A stretch of DNA of 52,003 nt, the filler included, from Dimargaris cristalligena (lineage: Eukaryota): NCBI GenBank assembly GCA_003614675.1. It is 2 parts of 2 records of this genome, joined end to end, with 100 filler letters (N's around TTAATTAATTAA, not from the genome) between each part and the next. Parts side by side here need not be neighbours in the genome. Positions count along the whole stretch, not along the records: positions 26,054 to 52,003 come from ML002551.1; 1 more part is not named here. The stretch is one strand, 5' to 3'. The position numbers were made by a program, and so were the translations under genes. This document shows positions 34,900 to 44,571 of the stretch, in pieces (within the stretch, counting starts at the first letter, position 1; every line of letters starts with the position of its first letter). The notes beneath the pieces were generated by a model, which saw only the letters and a list, made by a program, of their open reading frames with translations, searched no databases and was not told where the DNA came from.

Positions 34900-36817
34900 A
34901 TGGCCGATCCCGCCACTGCCGCTGCCGCTGTCCCCGACTCCATCGCTGAGCTCACTCAGCAGACCGAAGAAATTGTGCTCGGGTAAGTTCCAGGCTTGGG
35001 CCTCCCCTATAGAGTAGCCCCGGGGTACTCCATCCCGCCCCTTCAAACGGTAGCGGATATCAGTTGACCTGGGCCCCTCCTCCATTCACGATCAACCTCC
35101 CCCCTCTATTGGGAACAACGTAGTACTCTATCTGGCTATTCGTTTTATTCAGCCCAGGCTTGAGCTACCCGGTCGCTAACCCCCAAACCGAATCCTTTAT
35201 CGCATCAACCCATACCCCCCCCTTTATAACCTTAGTGAGGATGGCCTGCCCCTTTCCAAGAAGGCCCTGAAGAAGCTCGAGAAGGAGCGCGAGAAGGAAC
35301 GCCGCAAGCAGGAGCGCCTGCAGCGGGAAGCCGAGGAGCGGGCCGCCCGGGAAGCCAACTACGTGGACATTTCGGCGGGTAACTACGGCATCAAGCCCCT
35401 CAACCAGTCCCAGGAGCGCCTCCGTGAGAAGCGGGAGGCCATCCCCGACCTCAACGGTAGTCGCATGGGCGAGACCGTCCGGCTGCGGGCCCGCGTGCAG
35501 ACCTCCCGGCCCACCGGCGCCCGGCTGTGCTTCTTTAACCTGCGCCAGCAGGCCGCCAACATCCAGGGTGTGGTTGCCATGGACAAGGACACCGTGAGCA
35601 AGGACATGCTGAAGTTCGCCGGCACCATCCAGCCCGAGACCATCGTGCTGGTGGAGGGTGTTCTGGTGGAGCCCGTGGAGCCCGTCAAGAGCTGTACCGT
35701 CCAGGACGCCGAGATCCACATCAAGAAATTGTTTATCCTCAGCCAAACCGTGGAGCGCCTGCCCTTCTCCCTCGAGGATGCCTCCCGGCCCGAGTCCGAG
35801 TACGACAACCCCGATGCCCAGTTCAGCCGGGTCACTTTGCCCACCCGTCTCGACAACCGAGTGATTGATCTCCGGACCATCACCAACCAGGCCATTTTCC
35901 GCATCCAGTCCGGAGTTGGTCTGCTCTTCCGCGAGTTCCTGAACCATCAGCGCTTCGTGGAAATCCACAGCCCCAAGATTATCGGCGCCATCAGCGAAGG
36001 CGGAGCCAACGTGTTCCAGGTCAACTACTTCAAGACCAAGGCCTATCTCTCCCAGTCCCCCCAGCTGCACAAGCAAATGTGCATTTGCGCTGACTTTGAA
36101 CGCGTGTTCGAAATCGCCCCCGTGTTCCGGGCCGAAGACTCCAACACCCACCGGCACATGACCGAATACGTCGGACTCGATATCGAAATGGCCTTCGAGG
36201 AACATTATCATGAGGTCATGGAACTGCTCGGCCAGATGTTCGTCTTTATCTTCGACGGCCTCAAGCAGCGTTACGCCGCCGAAATCGAGGCCGTGCGCCG
36301 CCAGTACCCGTTTGAGCCCATCGAGTACCTGCCCGAGACCCTCAAGTTGGAATACCCCGAAGCCGTCCGCATGCTGCGCGAAGCCGGTGCCGAAATGGGC
36401 GACTTCGATGACCTGACCACCGAAAACGAGCGTTTGCTCGGTAAATTGGTCAAGGCCAAGTACCACACCGATTTTTACATGCTGGACAAATTCCCCCTGG
36501 TAGTCCGACCTTTCTATACCATGCCCGACCCCAGCCGGCCCGAGTACTCCAACTCGTACGATTTCTTCATCCGCGGCGAGGAAATCATGTCCGGCGCCCA
36601 GCGCATTCACGACCCCGCCCTCCTGCTCGAACGCGCCCAGGTGCACAACATCGACCCCAAAACCATCGAACCCTACGTCAACTCCTTCAAGTACGGCGCT
36701 CCCCCCCACGCCGGTGGTGGTATTGGCTTGGAACGGGTGGTGATGCTGTTCTTGAATGTCGGTAACATTCGCCGCACTTCGCTCTTCCCCCGTGATCCCA
36801 AGCGTCTGGAACCCTAA
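34900..36817 (+). CDS. DPS1: Cytosolic aspartyl-tRNA synthetase; exons 34900-34982 and 35236-36817
   Basis: N-terminal [12 protein letters not shown] helix, OB-fold (RARVQTSR...FFNLRQQ), [23 protein letters not shown], motif 2 [15 protein letters not shown] and motif 3 [14 protein letters not shown]...[10 protein letters not shown]. Intron GTAAGT...GCTAAC...TAG. Confidence 0.96.
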
Positions 36818-37386
36818 ATTCCCCCCTACCTTGCCTTGTTTTATTTTCTACTCCCTTATTTCATTTTTTTTCTTCACCCTTACTTCACAGTCGGTTGGTC
36901 CGCGCTTGGCTTAACATTCTAGCCCCCTCGGTCAACTGAAGAGGTATTATGATTTTTCACCATAAAACGTCAAACCTCCCATTGAGGCTTTTAGCCCATA
37001 TAGGCACTTATGTATATGCTACATTTTTTCATTGACGAGAGATGAATTAGTCTAGACCTAGGCTTTAATTCGGGGGAAGGGTTTGTTTCATCGCCAGTCC
37101 TAAAATGGTAGTGTTTATTGGGATCATGGTCAAAGATGTCGCATTACAGAGGTATACATTCGTTTATAATGAGCTATTGAAACTAGCACAGCTATGTTTG
37201 TAAACTATTATGGGATATACAATGGGAATAGGCACCATGGTTCAGCACAAATACATGATTATTAACCACACAGGGAAGCCACGGGATAATTAGAGTAATA
37301 TTAGGGACCCAAAGGTGGTGAGGAACTAAATGATTAAGGGAGACTTTGGAGTTTAGATACTTGTGAATAAATTGGTGGGCGGTTGA

Positions 37387-37869
37387 TTAAAGAAGTTGCC
37401 ATTGAACCAAGGCCATCAGCCCAATTGACAACCCGAGCGCCAGTCCGTTGGATGAGCCTTGAGAGGCCAGGGCATCCGCTGACTCGTTGGAACCCGATGT
37501 ATCAGCAGCACTTGCGTGACTGGTTGCATAGGCAGTATAATTGAGCTGGATATCGGTCAAATTCAGTCCGTTGGTCATTTGGAAATTGATCACACACACC
37601 TGTTCGCAGAGGTTGGAGGTTACCGCGGCCCCCCCGGCTGAGCTGGTTAGATTATAGCTCGAGCCGCACTGCCGGAAACAATTCTTTACGGTCTCAAGTT
37701 GTTCCGCAGGGATGTTCAGACAAACAATGAAGCATGGAGTTAGCGAGGTGGCACAGTTGGTGGCACTAAGGCACCGGTAGGTGCTGTCGGCGAGGGCGGC
37801 TACCACGGCGGGGAGACTGAGGGTGGTCAACAACCACGCAAGAAGTAAGTAGATGGATATAGACGCCAT
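37387..37869 (-). CDS. Secreted, probably GPI-anchored 8-Cys protein, 160 aa; paralogue of 33308..34018
   Basis: Signal peptide; C-x5-C-x6-C-x3-C-x13-C-x3-C-x19-C-x3-C; short Ser/Ala stalk; hydrophobic C-terminus LALGLSIGLMALVQWQLL; several NxS/T sequons. Confidence 0.82.
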   Translation of the reverse strand: MASISIYLLLAWLLTTLSLPAVVAALADSTYRCLSATNCATSLTPCFIVCLNIPAEQLETVKNCFRQCGSSYNLTSSAGGAAVTSNLCEQVCVINFQMTNGLNLTDIQLNYTAYATSHASAADTSGSNESADALASQGSSNGLALGLSIGLMALVQWQLL

Positions 37870-38404
37870 CTGGACAGCACACTTTAGTCACGAAGACGTA
37901 GGGGAAAAGGAATGGTGCCCTAACTATACTGGCTAAAAAGCGGATAAATGCGCAATAGATTGGCAAAGGTGTAGCGGAATTAAGTATGAAGCAGGTGATA
38001 TATAGGCGAGTCTTGAAATAGAGATGGTTGGCGTTTGTTTGGGATTATATAAGTAAACTGATGAACTAGGCGACACAGAGGCAAGGGAAGGGGGCTGAGT
38101 GCTCATCGACAACCCCTCTCCCCGCCACCTACGCAAGGAATTGAATCAAACTTGTTTGGACAGGCTTACGCCCCCTTCCGAAGTTCGATTTCGGTCACCC
38201 GGGGCATTTCTTTCTTTCCAAATATCATCAGTCAAACAACAGGGTCAATCCGTGGAAGTCAAACCGTGGGATATACGAAAAATAAATAAATAAAAAGGGG
38301 CATGTTCCTCCAGCCCCAAAATGGGGGGTCGTTTCAATATAATAGGCAAAGCTTGGCGGTTGTGGAGTAGGTGGTCTTTGATCCCAATAGAGCCCTGCGA
38401 GGGA

Positions 38405-39947
38405 TTAGCGAGGCGGCACTGGCTGTTCGTTAAACTCCTCTATCCGCCTAACACACCACTGTGGTAATCGACGTAATGGAAGTGGAAGAAAGTTGCACTG
38501 GTTAGTCGCCACATCCCACTGAGATTCAGCAATGGAGGAATGTAGATCTTGACTGGGGAGGTGGTGAGTGGGATCAGAAATAACCACACAGGAAAAAATG
38601 ACAGTGCAAGGTTCTTCGTTATGTCTAGAGGGTGGGATTATATGAGCCGATGGAATATATAAACCAATACCATATCGGAAGTGAGACTCATGGGACTGTG
38701 AGGGTAGGGTTGCTTAAATGCGAGCTGCATGCATGGTTGTAGTCAACTAAATAAATTATAACCAACAGTGTCCAGGGTTTGTCATATATTAGGATATCCA
38801 AGGGTAAGAGGAAGTGTGTGCCTCGCTCATTTAAAGACCAGTGATTGTAGAGACCTACCGAAGCTGGAATTGTCGAATTGCCATTAGGCGATCAATAAAT
38901 AAGGCAAACACCCGCAAGGTATCGCTATCCAAACAGCTAATGTTGAGATATTAATAAGAGCAGAACGGACATGGATCAGAAAAATAGGCAGGCGTATTCG
39001 AGGAATGCATGGTGTAGAATATGCCTACGGGGGGGTTATAGGTATATATATATATGGGAGAGGTTCAACCGAGCTGTATAGCGGAAAATCCATTGGATGA
39101 AGCAAATATTACTGGTTGAAAATAAATCTCCCATACATTATCCCATACACATCATTTAAAACCTTATACAGCTGGGCCGAGTTTCACCCATATATATATA
39201 TATATATATTTTAGGGCATGCATATGCAATGTGCGGTATCCATATTTACTACTTACCTACAGGCATCTAGTAGTTGGGCAAATTGGTTAATGACGATGAC
39301 CCGTGGTAATTTAACAGGGGAGCTACGGCCAGGTAACAAACAGATTAGCAGCACAGCACAGATGTGGGAGAGGGAGGGAGTATACCTGTAAGAATGGACA
39401 GTGTGGGTGATTGGTTGGTTAATATCGAATATAGGAGTATATATCACACATCAATATCACTTTGGCAGAGTAGCAACCCCACGTCAAAACATAGACCAGG
39501 GAGACTCGGAATTCCAAATGGATAGAGAAGTGTAATATATGGCTACGAAAGTGAGAAACAAGACAAGGGGGGTATTCATTACCTAATCCGGATGGCCTGT
39601 AATTGCGGGGGCAACTCTGGCGGGCAAGAGAGGGCGTACAAGCCCAGTCGACTGAGCTCTTGGTCGAAGGCTTGACTGAATGGCTCCTGATCGGGAGTGA
39701 ATAGCCAAAACTCGTCACCGGGGCGGCTATCCGTACCAGGGCAAATACTTGACGGCAGTGGGGTATACGTAGCCGGACCTCGGGGTGGAATCGAATTGGA
39801 CCAAACGGACAAGAACCGGGGGATGAAGTCGGGGTCAAGGGCCATCCGAATTAGGGACTCGGCCACAAAACAATCAATGGGTCTAGACGGTCGGAGTTCG
39901 ATGAATTGGTTAGTAGACGGTCCGACAAGCGGTGTGAGTAAGACCAT
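38405..39947 (-). CDS. Putative 4-exon gene (39947-39583, 39385-39257, 38924-38859, 38624-38405; ~259 aa), divergent SWSAP1/Shu-complex-like RecA-fold protein
   Basis: Three phase-2 introns (GTAATG..CAG, GTAAGT..TAG, GTAGGT..TAG) link three short ORF-track fragments and one 66-nt exon into one open frame: ...EFWLFTPDQEPF...PQLQAIRIRYTPSLSHICAVLL...KLPRVIVINQFAQLLDACSDTLRVFALFIDRL...PCTVIFSCVV. An alternative ATG is at 40025. The family assignment rests on remembered similarity only. Confidence 0.55.
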
Positions 39948-41187
39948 AACCCGGAGGGCTCCGAGGCGTATACGACGGGATACAACGGCATACGGACCGG
40001 GAAGCTCATTTACCTGGTGGCCCATACGACACGGCAAAAGGACGCTAGACGGCCTTCCGGGGTTAACATGGCCCACTCGAGGGGTTGCCTGGAGTGACTC
40101 GGAACGAGGGAATGATGGGCGGTGGGGCGGGTTCAAATGGAGAGAAATGAGGCTAGTTTGAATATGGTTATGTAAGTAGAAAGGTAAATTAATATTGCTC
40201 CGACAACTGGAGTGAGAGAGAGAGAGAGGGGGAGAATAGCAGTAACAAGTTCAATGGCTGGTTATGCTATGCCGCAGTCACTGAGTGAAATTAGTGTGGC
40301 CAGAGTAGTTTAGTCAGTAGTGGTGGGTAGGGTATATGCTAGCTATGTCAGATTTAATCAGCGCATACAGCCAGGCATTACTAGAGTTGGTGGGCCGCGA
40401 CAAATCACGTGATAATAATTTTGGTCACGTGTATTAATGGAGCGGGTACTTTTATTAGAGGTATATATAAATACACAGGTGATGGCAATTATGGTAATTT
40501 TTATTTGCGGGTGGAGGGATCAATCATCCCTACCATTAGAGCATTCATTTTTCATCCAACCAGCTTCCCACTCATTAAATCAAAGAAGAGAATTGGGAGG
40601 AGAAAAGGGTGGATTTGCTTGGATTTTTTTCTTTTAGGGCAGCCATGCCATTTCTGGCGGATGGGTTGGGCGGTATCTGCCCTAGTGGTGGTGGCAGTAG
40701 TAAATTATAGGCAACTCCTCTCTAATGGACACCACCATATACCAGCCAGCCACTCTATACTACTTACACGTATATAGCATATACACGACGAATGCTATAG
40801 GCTGTAGAGAGAAAGGGAGAGGGGGAGCGCATGTGTGTGGGTGAGTAGATTGTATGTTGCGTATAGGCTCTATTCCATTACTCCCTCTTCTTTTTTATTA
40901 TTTTTTTTTCATCGCGGTGGTAGCATATAGTCACTGCTAAAATAAATCGCCCTTTTTTTTCCACCACTTGCTAGGAAAATTTTCGTAAAAGCACTAATAC
41001 TGCTCAGAGTCCTTCTCCTGCTGAACTAGCTAGTCCTTGCTTTTCATTCTTACTACTCTCTAGTTTCTTCTTTCGTTTGGCCTTTTTGACTTGTAGTATA
41101 GTTCCTCGAACACACTCTCTCGCCGATCGTGTTGTGAATTCATAGCACACTCTTCTCTTAATACTAACTAATACTCCCGCATACGTA

Positions 41188-42620
41188 ATGGGTTTCGGTA
41201 AGAAAGCGTTTCACTGCATATACACCTTATTCTCGGTCCTGGTGGAAGCCCCCTCCTATATATGCGCTCAGACCCTATGCTAACCCGCCTACTATTCCCA
41301 TATGTACTCCGTGTTATTCATTCCCTTTAGGTGATCGTGGTGGTCGTGGCGGTTTCGGTGGTGACCGCGGTGGTCGTGGTGGAGGCCGTGGCGGATTTGG
41401 CGGTGGTCGTGGCGGAGGCCGCGGTGGTTTCGGTGGAGACCGTGGTGGTTTTGGCGGTGACCGTGGAGGTCGCGGTGGTCGTGGAGGCCGTGGCGGCTTT
41501 GGTGACCGTGGCGGTCGCGGTGGAGGTCGTGGCGGCTTTGGTGGAGACCGTGGTGGTCGCGGCGGAGGTCGCGGTGGTTTCGGTGATCGGGGTGGCCGTG
41601 GTGGCCGTGGTGGTAAGTTTCGTTTATAGTTTTGTTTGACTGGATCAGTAGTCCTTCCCGGCTTGATAGACTAGCTCATTAGTCATGGTGTTTATATTCT
41701 TATCCTAATCCAATACCAACGTGGTAGCATACCGTGGATAGCGTAGTTCCTGCGCCTCCATGTTCAACGGATATCTCCTGATTCACACCTCTAATCATTT
41801 TTTATGTCTCACTACATGATCCCGGATACCCATTGCCTTTTGATTTCCATTAATAATAGGTGCCCGTGGTGGTCGTGGCGGTGCCCGCGGTGGTGCTCGT
41901 GGTGGCGCCAAGGTTGTCGTGGAACCCCATCGTCACGAAGGTGTCTTCATTGCCCGTGGTAAGGAAGATCTGCTGGTTACCCGCAACTTGGTCCCCGGCG
42001 AATCCGTCTATGGTGAGAAGCGTATCACTATCGATGGCCCCGAAGGCGAGAAGATCGAATACCGTGTCTGGAATCCTTTCCGGTCTAAGCTGGCTGCTGG
42101 TATCCTGGGTGGTCTCGATCACATTTACATTGCTCCCGGTAAGAAGGTCATGTACCTCGGTGCCGCTTCCGGTACTTCCGTCTCCCACGTTGCCGATATT
42201 GTCGGTCCCAAGGGTATGGTCTACGCCGTCGAATTCTCCCACCGGTCCGGTCGCGATCTGATCAACATGGCCAAGAAGCGTACCAACGTCATCCCCATTG
42301 TGGAAGACGCCCGGCACCCAAACAAATACCGTATGCTCGTTGGTATGGTCGATGTCATTTTCGCCGATGTGGCCCAGCCCGATCAGGCCCGTATTATCGC
42401 CCTTAACGCCCATCATTTCCTTAAGAACGGTGGCCATATCGTGATTTCCATCAAGGCCAACTGTATCGACTCGACTGTCGATGCCTCCAAAGTCTTCGCC
42501 CGCGAAGTCAAGAAGCTCCAAGAAGAGCGCGTTAAGCCCATGGAACAACTGACTCTGGAACCTTACGAACGTGACCACGCTATCGTGGTGGGTACCTATC
42601 GTCCCCCACCCAAGAAATAA
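41188..42620 (+). CDS. NOP1: Fibrillarin (rRNA 2'-O-methyltransferase Nop1); exons 41188-41197, 41331-41612, 41860-42620
   Basis: [17 protein letters not shown] domain, then [71 protein letters not shown] and LEPYERDHA. Confidence 0.97.
41331..41612 (+). repeat. Coding RGG/GAR repeats ([12 protein letters not shown]-type) of fibrillarin exon 2
   Basis: Iterated GGTGG(T/C)CGT-like units that translate to [10 protein letters not shown] in the spliced frame. Confidence 0.9.
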
Positions 42621-43983
42621 GCCTCTTCTCTCCTATACTCTCTTCTCGGCTGATTATACACATATCCCCTTCACACAATCCGCCCTCCCCTTTTTCCAAA
42701 CAACCCATTTTCGCACTAACCTACTTTGGTTAACAGATCAGATGCTGACGAGATCTTCCTTGTCTTTTTAAAACAATAATATCACATTGGGGCCTCTCAT
42801 TCTTAGGAACCTTGATGGGGGTGGTTGGGGGTTGCTACCGGGATGAGTTGAAGGAAGGTATGTAGGGTTTGGACACTATTTTTCTCTTTCCCAAAAAAAG
42901 AGATTTGCAACATGCCTCTTCCTCTATTTAGGCTCATTCATCACTGTTGGACCTGGTTTTGCCACTTTCTCCTTTTCAGTATCCAGTTTTGATGTAAAAC
43001 TCTTTTTTATACATTGTCATGCATATGATCAAGCTAGTTATTTTATCATTTAGTAAATTTACGAAATAGTATAGTTTTATTTAGATACGCCGACTTACTG
43101 TGTTGTGACAGAATACGAATGGGGGGAAATAGGGGGGGTATGATAAAAGACGACTACTTTCCCCTTGGTTGTGGATTTAACTAGGAATAATGCACCTCGA
43201 CCATCCGCCCGCTGCGGGCCAATTCAAGTAGGAGGGGACCTAAGTCACTCGGAAGGGTCCCCAATGGATTTAAACCTAATCCGTAGCAGGCGAACAAGGT
43301 GAGAACGCCTTTATAAATCTCCCTAACCTAAACGCGAGTCTGGCCTGAAGATTAGGCAATCCTTTACTATCACATTCTTATCACCCATGGGTAAGTAAAG
43401 GATTAGGAATGATTGCCATTCTGGCCACCCTGTTACGGAAACGGGGAAGTTGGCGAAGAACCCCATTTGAGCCCAAATGATTGCTTAGCCACTGTAGAGG
43501 GCTTTACGGTCTCCACAGCCGTTCTTTGGCCATGGTAGGGGAAATGGCAAGTCAGCAGAGTGGGTCCATCTTAATACTGCTTTAACTAGCACCAAACCTA
43601 TAGTGATCCCTTTTGTTCGCCAGACTCTAACCCTTACTCCACCATACAGTCGTAAATGGGAGAGGGGAGGGATTGCCCTCCCCTTGTACTCCACCCTCAG
43701 TAGAGTAAACATGCTGGGGTTGATCCGTTGACCGACTTCTATTTGGCTTCCCTTGCTTTACGAACTCAATGCAAATGCAATGTTTAGCAGCGCTATATAA
43801 CTGCTCGGGCCCCTCTATCAACATGCCTCCAGGTCTAGTCCATTATTTTGTTTCGCCCTTATTCATTCTAGCTTTGTTTGGCCAATTTACCATAGCCCGA
43901 TTTTCCAGGCATCTCGCTATTCATACCGACTGCCCCGTACTTCTTATCCAACCCCCACCGACTCACCGGCTCTATTAGCTACC

Positions 43984-44571
43984 ATGCGTGTCACTGCTAC
44001 ACTTCTTGCGCTTCTCTTACCCCTAGTGGCCCAGGTCGGAGCTGGACCTGGTCCGGTGGGTATTGAGGAGCTGGCCAAACGGGAATTAATGCATCCTCAG
44101 GCCAGACAATTACCAACTGGCATGTGTAAGCTATTTTGTGGCGCCACTTGGGTCCCAGTGGACCCCAATTACATCATGTCCACGACCACCCAAACCGTTA
44201 CGACCCAAACTTACACTGCATCAACCACCTTGACCACCAATCTGGGCACTGCCGTATCCGCCACCACGACGGCCACCTCGTACATCACATTTGTCATCAG
44301 CGAAACCAAAACCGTAGCCGCCCCCACCCTGCCCGTCACCGTCACTGCTACCAAGACGGCCACTGGTACTAAAACCGCTACCGTTACGTCTACGATTACC
44401 CAAACGAACACCCAAACAGCAACAACCACCGCTGTGGTCACGCAAACTTACACAACGACGGTTCCATCCACTTTGTGGGCCACCGCCACCTCCACCCAAA
44501 CCAGTACCATCACCCCTTTGACTACGGTGACTGACACCGTCACGGCCACCCAAACTGATACCTCTGGGTAA
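43984..44571 (+). CDS. Secreted Thr-rich protein with N-terminal C-x3-C motif, 195 aa
   Basis: accATG, signal peptide, KR dibasic site, MCKLFCG..VDP, then ~130 aa of largely alternating Thr. TATATAA at ~43795. No GPI tail. Confidence 0.85.
   Translation: MRVTATLLALLLPLVAQVGAGPGPVGIEELAKRELMHPQARQLPTGMCKLFCGATWVPVDPNYIMSTTTQTVTTQTYTASTTLTTNLGTAVSATTTATSYITFVISETKTVAAPTLPVTVTATKTATGTKTATVTSTITQTNTQTATTTAVVTQTYTTTVPSTLWATATSTQTSTITPLTTVTDTVTATQTDTSG

Noticed and set aside
35165-36709. 514-aa minus-strand ORF
   Set aside because: Antisense shadow of the codon-biased AspRS gene. The same applies to the long antisense ORFs over RPC1, NOP1 (41850-42578), the 3D gene (8643-9290) and 33502-33963.
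41331-41639. Val/Ala-rich 102-aa ORF
   Set aside because: Alternative frame of the fibrillarin RGG exon.
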